Below are positions 55,264 to 64,000 of a DNA stretch of 64,000 nt, in pieces. The translations under genes were made by a program, and so were the position numbers. The DNA is taken from NCBI GenBank assembly GCA_000002435.2, contig CM018789.1, one strand, 5' to 3'. Positions within the stretch are counted from its first letter, which is position 1; the number at the start of each line of letters is the position of its first letter. Origin of the DNA: Giardia intestinalis. Lineage: Eukaryota. The notes under the pieces are model-generated. The model made no database searches. It saw nothing but the letters and a program-made list of their open reading frames with translations, and was not told where the DNA came from.

Positions 55264-57477
55264 ATGAACATAGAAAAACGCAATCAAATAGACCTTTCCC
55301 CTGAAAATATAGCCAGCCTACGCTCCATCATTGCTCGTGATATTGCAAAGATCCAGGATGCCCTTTCAGATAGCTCCCAGAACCCCACCATCCACCAGCA
55401 GCTGGAGCCAATTGTCAAACAAAACCAGAAGATCCTACAAAGCCTGGATACCATTGAACATGAATTTACTGCAAATGCAATAGATACCATAAGGAGCAGA
55501 GGTCAAAAGTACGCGGCTATAGTACAATATGTGTTGAGGAATCATCCACAGCTGGAGAGCACATTGACCTCCAAGTCTCGTGGCACAACGTCGTCCGTAA
55601 ACCAGGATGACTCGGATGCAACAGCTCGTCTCACAGGAGACTTAGGTACCCTTAGTGCCCGTAACTCGGTAGAAGAATTCGGTGTCAATCTGTCGATAAT
55701 GAACAAGGCTTCCCTATTACCAGAGGATAAATTGCTGCACAATCCTCCCACACAAGATGCAGAACAATCTAGACCTTTTTTAGGGAGTGTAGACTCTATT
55801 CGTTCCTTTGCGACTAACTATCCTGCTAAAGTGGCCGATAAAGCCGGTCACGGAGGCATCGTGGCCGCTTCCTTGAGCTCTCTTCACGCGCCAGGCGCTT
55901 CAGCAAATAACAGGCTGCAAGATCTTATCAATAGCGATGTTACCCTATTTAACCTAGCCACTCTAGCAAATGCAGAGCCCAACCCTAACGAATGGTCATC
56001 CATAGAGCAATCTCCTGTCTACTTTATTCATGGACATAAAGCTCGAGACAGCTCGATCGCTATCAAAGCGGACTCGTACCAAGCCTTTAGTCCAGGTTCT
56101 AAGCCTCCCTTGCCATCCATCTATACACCACAGGGAGAGTTAATAGACCCCTGTCCACATCACTCGCGGCAAATTCTCTATGAACTAGCCAAGAGGTATA
56201 AGGCACAGGCTGAAGAGCTGGCCGCCAAAGCTGGTTCCAAACTTCAGCCTGGTGTTGCGGATGCTAGAATGGCCACTCTTGCAGAGGAGAATTCTGCTTT
56301 AAAAGTAAGTCTCCATTCAGCGCTTAACGAGCTCTCAGAAATCAAACAGAAGCTTATGCATCAAGTGCAGGGCAGCTTAAACCAAGAAGGCCCTCTGACC
56401 ACTGAAAACATTTCTCTCAAAGAGACCATTGCTCGCAAAAACTCAGAGTTAATCAAGCAGGGACAGGAGCTTAAAGAGACGCGCAACACTGCCGACGATC
56501 TTCAGAAGACTAAGCAGCACCTAACCCAGCTCACTGATGTCTTGCTCGAAGAGCGGAAGCTTCTCCAGGACGAAATACTAAGTCTTAAGCCAGGAGGAAA
56601 GAGCGCCAATAGTACCAAGGAAATAGAGTCTATGTGCAAACATGTTGCTGCATTAGAAAAGCAATTGCATAGCGAGGTTAAGGTCATTAATGTGGATTTA
56701 TCAGAGCAGCTCTCTGCAAAGCTAAAGGATACCATTTTGATTTATGAGCAAATGCTGACGAAAACAAAGCAAAGAGCGGTGGGAAAGCCTCGTACACCAG
56801 ACCAGCGCAATCAATCTGCAACCACTAGCATGCAAGCCTTTAGTCCTTTCGGCAATTTGGGAACCACAAACACAGGTCCTAACAGTCCATATAATCCATC
56901 GTTTACTGAAGGTGGAGCTCAGCGCCACCAAACCAGCACATTAACGCACAGCTTGGCATACGACTCTCATCATGAAGACGCTGAGCAGCTTAGATCGTCA
57001 TCACGCCCGGGATCTGCTCGATCTCGACAGAGCATTCGCTCCACTTCCTCTCGCGCATCTAGTGGACGAAGATCTGTTGCAAGGGGTGCATCATCTGGGT
57101 CCAGAGGTATAAGCCCAGAAGTCTTGACCTATGAGGTTGTCAAGGTGCTAACAGAGCTTGGGCCACGAGCTCCGTCACTCCAGCGTATCGGCCCTCGAGA
57201 GTGGATTGTTGAAAAGAACGGCGCAGTAATATCTGTTAATCTAGGTCACACTGGGACAGTTGTTGTTGAGTCAGAAGGTGGAGTACCTCTTGTTCAGTTT
57301 CTAAAGCGTCTCCAAGACCCACCAACGCGTACAACAACACCCCGGCGAATGAAGTCCCCAGGGAAAATGGCCAAAGACGATGACCAATCAATTGGGCGAC
57401 GGTCCCCAGCTCTGGATACTTCCGGGCTCGCTATGTTTAGTGCTGCTAGGCGCATGATGACACACCAAGTAAAGTAA
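55264..57477 (+). CDS. Hypothetical coiled-coil protein with a Ser/Arg-rich C-terminal region
   Basis: The ORF is open from 55090 (ATG), but that start would overlap the divergent PheRS-beta start by 27 bp and lacks an AT-rich leader. The ATG at ~55264 (aaaagctaaaATGaac) has a Giardia-like initiator. Central coiled coil (EELAAKAGSK...LKETIARKNSELIKQGQELKETRNTADDLQKTKQHLTQL). C-terminal RSSSRPGSARSRQSIRSTSSRASSGRRS. Confidence 0.55.
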   Translation: MNIEKRNQIDLSPENIASLRSIIARDIAKIQDALSDSSQNPTIHQQLEPIVKQNQKILQSLDTIEHEFTANAIDTIRSRGQKYAAIVQYVLRNHPQLESTLTSKSRGTTSSVNQDDSDATARLTGDLGTLSARNSVEEFGVNLSIMNKASLLPEDKLLHNPPTQDAEQSRPFLGSVDSIRSFATNYPAKVADKAGHGGIVAASLSSLHAPGASANNRLQDLINSDVTLFNLATLANAEPNPNEWSSIEQSPVYFIHGHKARDSSIAIKADSYQAFSPGSKPPLPSIYTPQGELIDPCPHHSRQILYELAKRYKAQAEELAAKAGSKLQPGVADARMATLAEENSALKVSLHSALNELSEIKQKLMHQVQGSLNQEGPLTTENISLKETIARKNSELIKQGQELKETRNTADDLQKTKQHLTQLTDVLLEERKLLQDEILSLKPGGKSANSTKEIESMCKHVAALEKQLHSEVKVINVDLSEQLSAKLKDTILIYEQMLTKTKQRAVGKPRTPDQRNQSATTSMQAFSPFGNLGTTNTGPNSPYNPSFTEGGAQRHQTSTLTHSLAYDSHHEDAEQLRSSSRPGSARSRQSIRSTSSRASSGRRSVARGASSGSRGISPEVLTYEVVKVLTELGPRAPSLQRIGPREWIVEKNGAVISVNLGHTGTVVVESEGGVPLVQFLKRLQDPPTRTTTPRRMKSPGKMAKDDDQSIGRRSPALDTSGLAMFSAARRMMTHQVK

Positions 57478-57479
57478 AT

Positions 57480-58310
57480 TTACAATCTGAATGAGAGAAC
57501 GTTATCATCTATGTTTCCCGACTGTTGCACATGTCTAAAATAGCCGTTTTCCCCCCACGCAGGCCCCCAAGACCCGCGCAGAATCCAGTAGTCCGTACCA
57601 GACTCTACTCCGTAACCAACGATAACAACTGACATATATCCCAAGAGCTTACCTGCAACATGATGATATATACCGGAGCCATAGTAGAGAAAGTCTTCGT
57701 AGAGAGCAAATTCTGTTGCTACTGGCCCCTCTGTGACCAGCGCCTCTTTTATCCTATGAGGATTCCGATGCCCGATGTTATAAAATGCTTTAATGCTCGT
57801 CTTTCGGAGCGCATAGCCATCGCTACAAGCAAGTGGGCAAGAAGTGTCGTCAAAGTAGTTGCCGATACAATCGAGAGTCGCAACCCCGTTGGCCAAAAGC
57901 CAATCCCAGAGCTCCATAATATTGAACCTCAATGAGCTATCAACACACGCCTTCAAAAATGGCACTGAGAGGGCCCACTTTGTGTAATTACCACTTGTAG
58001 TCTTCATACAAAGTCTATCTTCCAGAACAGAAACAGCAGAGCACGCCCACGCGTCCTCGAGACGACAGATCTTAACAGTGGCTTCCGTAGTGCATTGTGG
58101 AAAGCCGTCACGCCAGTCATAAAAGACGGGCGGAACGAATTGTGCACCGTGTCCTGGTGAAGCATGTGTGGGTGCAGTGCTTCCCGGATGAACATCGGTC
58201 AAAGGCCATATGCCCCTATGCTCATAAGGCAGGGATGAGGGATCTAAGGGAATGACTGAAGGAGTCCACTTGAGAGAGCTTTCTAACAAAATAGCTGCAA
58301 GAAGGGCCAT
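57480..58310 (-). CDS. Cathepsin B-like papain-family (C1) homologue with all catalytic residues substituted (predicted pseudoprotease), secreted
   Basis: Signal peptide MALLAAILLESSLK. VPPVFYDWRDGFPQCTTEATVKICRLEDAWACSAVSVLEDRLC aligns to cathepsin B [43 protein letters not shown]. Catalytic Cys becomes Ala; oxyanion Gln becomes Ile. GYMSVVIVGYGVE vs GGHAIRILGWGVE (His becomes Tyr). ILRGSWGPAWGENGYF vs LVANSWNTDWGDNGFF (Asn becomes Gly). The track start at 58319 is GTG; first ATG at 58310. Confidence 0.75.
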   Translation of the reverse strand: MALLAAILLESSLKWTPSVIPLDPSSLPYEHRGIWPLTDVHPGSTAPTHASPGHGAQFVPPVFYDWRDGFPQCTTEATVKICRLEDAWACSAVSVLEDRLCMKTTSGNYTKWALSVPFLKACVDSSLRFNIMELWDWLLANGVATLDCIGNYFDDTSCPLACSDGYALRKTSIKAFYNIGHRNPHRIKEALVTEGPVATEFALYEDFLYYGSGIYHHVAGKLLGYMSVVIVGYGVESGTDYWILRGSWGPAWGENGYFRHVQQSGNIDDNVLSFRL

Positions 58311-58324
58311 TTTTTGCACAACGA

Positions 58325-60199
58325 CTAGTCGATATTATTCATGAAGTTCATATACGCTCGTGCATACTGATCTCCAGACGTGGAAATTTCGGGCTGAGAG
58401 AGATTACTCTTTGACGCCGGAGGGCTATCTCGCTTGCTTACGAATCCCACGACAGATATCGCAGAGGATTGCTGAAGTTGACCAGAAGCTATTGGCGGGG
58501 CTACTGTCAGAGAATCCGCAGCAATACGAGGCTGCTTATTTTCAGTTCGGGCTCGCAAGTTTCCAAATTTGTTGAGCAAACTTTGGGTGTCCTGAGAGAG
58601 CGCATCAGAGCTGGAAAACGAAGCTCCATCGCAGGCTCCATGTGGTGGACGCGGTGGAGATAGGGTCAATTCGCTGCTTTGGCCAGACTGAGGTTTTCCA
58701 CGTGTGACATTCCGCTGAAGCATGGGCGCCAAATCTAGTACTTCAAAGTGTTGTGGTAGCAGTGCTGCTGGTTTCTTGAGAACATCCTTCCGCGATACAG
58801 GAGCATGCCCATCTTGAACTTCGGCTAAGAGCTCGTTTCCTTTAAGGTTGGTTAAATTATCTATCATCGCTTTTTGGGATGCAATAGTAGCAGCAAGCTC
58901 CTTGACTTTGGCCTCAGCCTGCGTTTTCTGATTATGTGCTGTTTGAAGAGCGGTGGAGAGCTTCCCGAGCTTTTGTGCGTCACTAGATATCTTAGCCTCC
59001 AATGCTCCATTTGCCTGTGAGAGCTCCGCCACGCGTTCCATGAGACTAGACACTTGTTCTGTCTTAAAACTTAATGATTCCACGACCTCACCTAACTTAC
59101 TTTCAAGCTGATTTCTTTCTGAAAGAGTTGAGTTGTACTTGAGTCCCAACTGGTCGCACTCAGCACTGAGAGCAGCCGCAGCCTCTTTCAGCTCATCGAT
59201 GTTTTGCACCAACTCTTTGTTCTGCGCTTTAAGATGATCTAATTGAGATGTCTGTGCCATAATTGTATTGTTGCTACGCTCTGTCAGACTGGTCAATTGG
59301 AGGGCAAGATCTTGTTTCCCACGCTCCAGCTGGCGCTCCAAATCGCTAAGATGTTTGCACTCTAGACGGAGCTTTTCACATTCTCTTTCGCGCGACGTAA
59401 GGCTTTCACGCGTGAGCTCAAGATTTGATCGAGCTAAGGTCAGATCAGAGAGGGTAGAGCTCAATTCCCTCTCTAAGTCTAGTTTCTTTTGCTCTAATGT
59501 AAACACTTGAGACTGCAGAGACTTCACATTGGCAGTCAAAGATGCTATTTCGCGTGTGGATGATTCTTGCAAAGTATTGAAGTTAACAGTCATAACCTCC
59601 AAGTCTTTAGCCTGTTTGTTGTAGTTTAGAGATAGAGCATTAAATTCTTCAGCTTTACGTTGCAGATCTTGCTGTGAGAGTACAATACGATCAGAGAGCG
59701 TTTTTGAATCCTTATCGCTTTGGGTTCTCAGTGTTGTGATCTCAGCCGCTTGGGCTGTAGCGAGTTTCTGGGATTCTGAAAGCAGCTCGGAGAGGTATTC
59801 TGCGAGACTTCTGTCTGATGCGCGCTCGAATGGTAACCGGAGCCGGTAAAACCTTTGGAAATCCAGCTTATCATGTACTGTGAATATAAAGCCTGTCCGT
59901 TTATCATCATCTTCTAAGCAAACCGTGCGCTTGTCTGAAAGATTGTCAAGCAGTGGAAACAGATATGTATCGAAGGTCGCCACCATTTGTGTATCTATTA
60001 ATAGGGTATCACACATAGTTTTCAGCATTTGATCGGTGATGTTGCAGTAGAAGTAGAACATAAGGTCGTTTGGACTTGTTAGAATAAGCTGGAGAGGAGA
60101 GCCTATTTCGCTACCGGTACGCATTTCTAGAACGGCTGGGAATGTCGTGTTCACACCCTGGTGGAGGTATTGCAGCAAAAACTGTGATCTCCTCGTCAT
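58325..60199 (-). CDS. SAS-6-like centriole/basal-body cartwheel protein (N-terminal PISA-like head plus long coiled coil)
   Basis: N-terminal LQLILTSPNDLMFYFYCNITDQMLKTMCDTLLIDTQMVATFDTYLFPLL, compare human SAS-6 [48 protein letters not shown] (pattern L...LT(D/S)..D..F(Y/L)(F/Y)...I(S/T)(E/D)..(F/L)......LL(V/I)D.....F......LL). About 300 aa of uninterrupted heptad repeats follow, then a Ser/Pro-rich C-terminus. 624 aa. Confidence 0.5.
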   Translation of the reverse strand: MTRRSQFLLQYLHQGVNTTFPAVLEMRTGSEIGSPLQLILTSPNDLMFYFYCNITDQMLKTMCDTLLIDTQMVATFDTYLFPLLDNLSDKRTVCLEDDDKRTGFIFTVHDKLDFQRFYRLRLPFERASDRSLAEYLSELLSESQKLATAQAAEITTLRTQSDKDSKTLSDRIVLSQQDLQRKAEEFNALSLNYNKQAKDLEVMTVNFNTLQESSTREIASLTANVKSLQSQVFTLEQKKLDLERELSSTLSDLTLARSNLELTRESLTSRERECEKLRLECKHLSDLERQLERGKQDLALQLTSLTERSNNTIMAQTSQLDHLKAQNKELVQNIDELKEAAAALSAECDQLGLKYNSTLSERNQLESKLGEVVESLSFKTEQVSSLMERVAELSQANGALEAKISSDAQKLGKLSTALQTAHNQKTQAEAKVKELAATIASQKAMIDNLTNLKGNELLAEVQDGHAPVSRKDVLKKPAALLPQHFEVLDLAPMLQRNVTRGKPQSGQSSELTLSPPRPPHGACDGASFSSSDALSQDTQSLLNKFGNLRARTENKQPRIAADSLTVAPPIASGQLQQSSAISVVGFVSKRDSPPASKSNLSQPEISTSGDQYARAYMNFMNNID

Positions 60200-60296
60200 T
60201 AAATTTTGGTTTTTGGTTTTCCCTGATCGGTTGCCTGCGCAGGGTACAAGAAGTCAATAAATAAAGATTTACCTCTTGAAATGCGGTACCTACTGA

Positions 60297-61028
60297 CTAC
60301 GGGTCATCGAAAAAGTCATCGTCAGCCAAGTCTGTGTTGATGTCGTTCTTCATCTCATCATCGATAGCTGTGCCTCGCAAGAGTTTTGTAGGAGGCGTCT
60401 TCTCCTTGGTCACACGTTTTGCCTGCAAAACAGATGTAATTCGTCTGTTGATAATAATGGCCTTGGCCAAGGTTTGTAGAGTCTCTGGGAGGATTTGATC
60501 ATCCTCAGGTCGAGATTCACCGCCATCGATAAGTCGCCGTAGTATCTTCGTTTGAGCTATAATCTGAGCAGTCCTCTCTGGAACTTTTGCATCACCGTCT
60601 AGTATGTTTCCCTTTAGGTTCTTAAAAGCAGATCGGTATGTCACAAACACCGGGGAATCATTGATATAGAGGTCCAAATCGTCCATAAGGTCAAGCATCC
60701 TATTTGCCCGTGTAATGCCGTCTTTGTCGTCTTTTGTACTGGCTTCTTCACGCGCCTTAAAGAGAGCACGACGCATGTACTTCAGCTTGTTTCGATCAAA
60801 GATTATTGTCGAATTGTGACTCTTACGATACTCAAGAGACCGCTGTTGCAGAGCACTGGCTTCTTGTAAGGTATGGAGCTCAACCTCGCATGTCGCAAGC
60901 TTATTCTTGATGTCTTCTGCCATCTCAAAATTCTTATGCACTGCTGTCTCCTGAGCAGTCAGGAACCGTCGGAACGATCGTAGCTGGCTTCGCATGTACT
61001 GGATCGTTCGGGAGAGGGGAACGGTCAT
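60297..61028 (-). CDS. Hypothetical helical protein, 243 aa, with an acidic C-terminus (DLADDDFFDDP)
   Basis: ORF with ATG at 61026-61028. No family recognised. Confidence 0.5.
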   Translation of the reverse strand: MTVPLSRTIQYMRSQLRSFRRFLTAQETAVHKNFEMAEDIKNKLATCEVELHTLQEASALQQRSLEYRKSHNSTIIFDRNKLKYMRRALFKAREEASTKDDKDGITRANRMLDLMDDLDLYINDSPVFVTYRSAFKNLKGNILDGDAKVPERTAQIIAQTKILRRLIDGGESRPEDDQILPETLQTLAKAIIINRRITSVLQAKRVTKEKTPPTKLLRGTAIDDEMKNDINTDLADDDFFDDP

Positions 61029-61204
61029 GCTTCAAATTAAATCAACTAAATCTCAGCTCGCCCTCTATTCTCCTTCAACCATGGACGTATGCGCAGGGCA
61101 GGGAAAAGCAACTGAGTGACTAACTGAGCAGTCAGCTACAGCTGTCTCAAGTTGACCTCTTTAAAGGCGTCGATTTTAACTGACGAGTGCCTGGTAGAAA
61201 TAAA

Positions 61205-61990
61205 ATGCCCGCTTTAGACTTTGGGTCTTCCAGCGAGGGATCTGAGCCAGAGGCATGGGAGAGCAACGCCATGAAGCTATCAAAGCAAAATGAGGAGAAG
61301 GAGATAGCTGAGCAAAAGAGACGGGCAGAAGAAGAGGCCGCCCGAAATCGTGAGAAGATCCGCAAGAGAGAACGGGATAGCTTTACGACTGGTGCTCCCG
61401 AACTTTCAGAAACTGCAAAAGCACGCCTCGATGAAAAGCGTCGGTATGAACAAAACATTGTGGCTGCTTCGAATATGTTACGTGATAACGACAGCAGTGA
61501 CGATGAGGGTGGCAAGGGACCTAAGAACTCCGCCAACGGGGACAAGAAGAAAAACAATGGACAGCTGAGGGACTACACTCTTGAAGACAATTTCATGGGC
61601 GGCGAAATCGCTGAGGGCGTGTCCTCTGGGCCACAGAGTATTGAGGAAATGATCCCTGCGTCTATTGAGCAATTCGATGCATTTGCAGATGCAATAGTTA
61701 AAAAGCTTGTCTCTACCTACAAGAACGACAATGATGTTCTTTACATGCATTGCCTTAAGCGCATTGTCGAGGGCGCTCTTTCTCCGCTCTATCACGAAGA
61801 TGCAAAAGAGCTCTCGGACGTATGCGCACGCATTTCTGTTGAGATGTATCGTAAAGAGGCTGAAAAGAAGAAAAAGAAGGGTAAGGCCCAAAAGGGTGGC
61901 TCACACGCAACTGGCAAGTCCCAGGTCTACGTGGGTGGCCGTGACGCCAAGTACCAAAAGGTGGACGACGACTATGAGGATTTCATTTGA
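61205..61990 (+). CDS. EIF3J: Translation initiation factor eIF3 subunit J (HCR1-like), tentative
   Basis: Acidic N-terminus with a conserved Trp (SEPEAWESN). K/E-rich central helix (EEKEIAEQKRRAEEEAARNREKIRKRER). ...EAEKKKKKGKAQKGG...DDDYEDFI C-terminus, compare human eIF3j ...KQSKAKKKKKGVVPGGG...YVQDYEDFM. The track start at 61187 is GTG; first ATG at ~61205 with aaataaaATG. Confidence 0.55.
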   Translation: MPALDFGSSSEGSEPEAWESNAMKLSKQNEEKEIAEQKRRAEEEAARNREKIRKRERDSFTTGAPELSETAKARLDEKRRYEQNIVAASNMLRDNDSSDDEGGKGPKNSANGDKKKNNGQLRDYTLEDNFMGGEIAEGVSSGPQSIEEMIPASIEQFDAFADAIVKKLVSTYKNDNDVLYMHCLKRIVEGALSPLYHEDAKELSDVCARISVEMYRKEAEKKKKKGKAQKGGSHATGKSQVYVGGRDAKYQKVDDDYEDFI

Positions 61991-62120
61991 TCTTAGCAGG
62001 CCCAGGTTGGACGGCTGCCTTTCTCAGTTTACATCTGTTAGGAAAGTGGCTATCCATTAGGCGAGGTGGTTCCTTTTCCTTAGAGATATAGGCAATATCA
62101 CAAAGTGAACCACCTCAGTC

Positions 62121-62651
62121 CTACTTCTTGACTGCACGGGCGCGCTTTATGTTTGCTGCCTGTTGCGCCTTGTTCTTCGCGACACGCTCCTTCTTCTCTC
62201 TGCGTGCACGTGTGAAAGGATCTTCTGCGCCGGTGTAGTCGTCAACACCAGGCTTCGCAGGGACAATAGGATCGAACTCTATGGTATTATCTGTGCGCCG
62301 CCTATATCCATAGCGTGGGCGATACTCACCTGTCTTTTCGTCAAAGACCTTTTGAGACCGGGATCGCTTCTTAATACCTTTCTCTTTAGCAAACTTCTCC
62401 CACGTCGTCAAGGGCTTTTCTTCTGGGAGAGGCTTTTCACGTGGTAGCAAAGTTCTGGGCTCTGGAAGCGTTGCGACTGGTCCCATCGGTCCAGAAGTGG
62501 AGGGTAGCATGACAAATTCTTTACATAGAGAGGCGAGTGTTTTAACCGCTAGCTGCATCAGTACATGCTCGTTAGGTGTTGATAAAGTTGCCTCCTCGGG
62601 TAAGGGCTCCAAATTCGTTGCCATAAGGTAGTGAAGGTCATAGTCTGGCAT
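62121..62651 (-). CDS. RRS1: Ribosome biogenesis regulatory protein RRS1 homologue
   Basis: LPREKPLPEEKPLTTWEKFAKEKGIKKRSRSQKVFDEKTGEYRPRYGYRR matches the RRS1 core (LPR.KPLPK.K..TKWE.FAK.KGI.K.KK..VYDE..GEW.PRWGYK). Basic C-terminal tail. ATG at 62649-62651. Confidence 0.7.
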   Translation of the reverse strand: MPDYDLHYLMATNLEPLPEEATLSTPNEHVLMQLAVKTLASLCKEFVMLPSTSGPMGPVATLPEPRTLLPREKPLPEEKPLTTWEKFAKEKGIKKRSRSQKVFDEKTGEYRPRYGYRRRTDNTIEFDPIVPAKPGVDDYTGAEDPFTRARREKKERVAKNKAQQAANIKRARAVKK

Positions 62652-62669
62652 GATATTTATTTCTTCTTT

Positions 62670-63986
62670 TTAGACCTTTCCCCCCAACGTTGCAGTGACC
62701 CCCAGCGGCCGCACCAATGGCTGTAAGTTGTGCATAGCCTGGGAAGATGTATTGATATTGGGCTTTGAGACCTTTCGAACGAAGAACGAAAGAGCGTGCA
62801 TCACGTCCTCGGCTTCTATTAGGTGTTGCTGGATTATCGCCTTATCGGCCTTCTTTTGCGAATTTTCTATCCCCCGTAAGCATTCAGTGAACGCAGCATG
62901 TGCCTTCTTGACGTGAGAGAAGCCGTCAAACTCTCTATCATACATGGTATAGAGTAGTGCTAGTGTGAGGGACACGTGGCCGTATTCAAGTGTGTCTTTT
63001 CCAAGGTATAGAGAGTATATCATCTGTATCTCTAAAAGCATGCTGATTGGGTCACCTAGCTCAGCGTGGGGAAAGTTTAGTATGCATCCCTTGTTGAATT
63101 GTCGCCGGATTGTAATAGCCCACACGTCTACGATGATGCGTAGCATATTTATACCTTGCTTTAAGCCCTTTCCAAGGTTGCAGAAGCGCGCGGATGGCTC
63201 TCCAGATAAATCAAATGTGACGTCTTCGATGTAGCGATCAAATCGCTTGAGATGACGAGGAGGAGATGGAGCTGGAGTGATAGCAGGGTGTGCAGGTCTT
63301 TCATCAGATAGATATATGCCCATGCTGGACGAAGATGCTATACCTGTGGACTCGGAGGATTTGGGCACTCTCGTGGCAGACTTTGGTTTGGCATGAGGTA
63401 TACCCATTGGAGGCCGTCCGGCTGCCATGGCAGTAACTGGTCTCCTCCCCTTTTCCTGGACTGTTTTGTTATGGTAGATTAGTCTCTTGATTGAGTGTTG
63501 AAGCCTGAGCTTGGGATCTGGATTAGATTGGCTAGCTTCAGCTTCAAAAGTAGAGGACGAACCAACAGACCCTCGCTCTCCGCGGTCCCGCTCCTTCTCT
63601 ATTTCTATCTGTGCTTTTCTTATGAATGTTTTGGCTACACCGTAGTATATGAGTGTGGCTTCGAGACTTGTTGGACCATAAGCCAGTGACATCAGGTATG
63701 CAGAGTGGCTATAGTTGTCTAAAGCCTCTGGAAACCTGTTAGAGTCTAGAAACATGGTGCCTGCTATGTGGCAGATCAAGCTCATGAGTTGAAGAATGTT
63801 CTTGGGTAGCTTTGCGACAATTCGTATCGGTAATAGATCAGATTGGAGAGATATTAAAACGTCCCCAAATCCCGTTCGTGTTCCTGTCCGCAACGCTAGT
63901 GTGCGTGCGTCATATTTTCGTTCGTAGTATTTGTGTCCCATAGTCGTCAAAGTGGACAGAAGCAGATAGTGCATGCCAGACTTCAA
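62670..63986 (-). CDS. Hypothetical protein (438+ aa), 5' end uncertain. The track start at 63986 is TTG and the frame is open to the window end. The first ATG in the window is at ~63974.
   Basis: Long ORF with a Ser/Pro-rich middle section and a helical C-terminal half. No family recognised. Confidence 0.5.
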   Translation of the reverse strand: MKSGMHYLLLSTLTTMGHKYYERKYDARTLALRTGTRTGFGDVLISLQSDLLPIRIVAKLPKNILQLMSLICHIAGTMFLDSNRFPEALDNYSHSAYLMSLAYGPTSLEATLIYYGVAKTFIRKAQIEIEKERDRGERGSVGSSSTFEAEASQSNPDPKLRLQHSIKRLIYHNKTVQEKGRRPVTAMAAGRPPMGIPHAKPKSATRVPKSSESTGIASSSSMGIYLSDERPAHPAITPAPSPPRHLKRFDRYIEDVTFDLSGEPSARFCNLGKGLKQGINMLRIIVDVWAITIRRQFNKGCILNFPHAELGDPISMLLEIQMIYSLYLGKDTLEYGHVSLTLALLYTMYDREFDGFSHVKKAHAAFTECLRGIENSQKKADKAIIQQHLIEAEDVMHALSFFVRKVSKPNINTSSQAMHNLQPLVRPLGVTATLGGKV

Positions 63987-64000
63987 TCGAGGAAGTGCGT

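Noticed and set aside
61147-61557. 136-aa - strand ORF overlapping the eIF3j-like gene, and 61478..61891 -
   Set aside because: They lie antisense to a gene with a recognisable eIF3j-like architecture and conserved YEDF(I/M) C-terminus. No motifs of their own.

Overview
By eye this window looks like a segment of a Giardia intestinalis (G. lamblia)-type diplomonad nuclear chromosome. It is not prokaryotic. No database search was run, and every identification below rests on motifs recognised by eye.

Evidence for the organism call:
- The 1651-aa Cys-rich ORF at 45204..50159 (-) ends in ...CRGKA, the invariant tail of Giardia variant-specific surface proteins (VSPs). It is followed by the VSP-type extended poly(A) signal ACTTAGGTAGTAAAC.
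- A second CXXC/GGCY-rich type-I membrane protein at 37893..41348 (-) ends in CKRT, as in the high-cysteine membrane protein (HCMP) family.
- Genes are intron-less and tightly packed. Divergent starts lie only tens of bp apart, and convergent 3' ends overlap.
- There are NEK-type kinases and ankyrin/pseudokinase proteins.

Content: about 38 protein-coding genes on both strands.
- Housekeeping: RPB6, a PMM/PGM-type phosphohexomutase, the YjeF-C NAD(P)HX dehydratase, XPF/ERCC4, PheRS-beta, EF-1beta, eIF3j, RRS1 and a Nudix hydrolase.
- Cytoskeleton/flagellum: alpha-tubulin acetyltransferase ATAT1/MEC-17, a katanin-p80-like WD40 protein, an IQ+AAA (IQCA/DRC11-like) ATPase, a SAS-6-like protein and a NEK kinase.
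- Trafficking: PX, DENN, and SNARE-like tail-anchored proteins.
- An apparently catalytically dead cathepsin-B homologue.

Most unusual region (35-50 kb):
- A roughly 3-kb ORF-poor stretch containing frameshifted ORF remnants.
- The HCMP gene, then ATAT1.
- A roughly 2.1-kb GC-rich non-coding element bounded by ~290-bp inverted-repeat arms carrying G-quadruplex motifs.
- The VSP gene, containing 13 essentially identical 294-bp tandem repeats.

The ORF track uses alternative start codons (TTG/GTG), so several starts were moved to the first real ATG. My base counting can be off by 1-2 nt in places.
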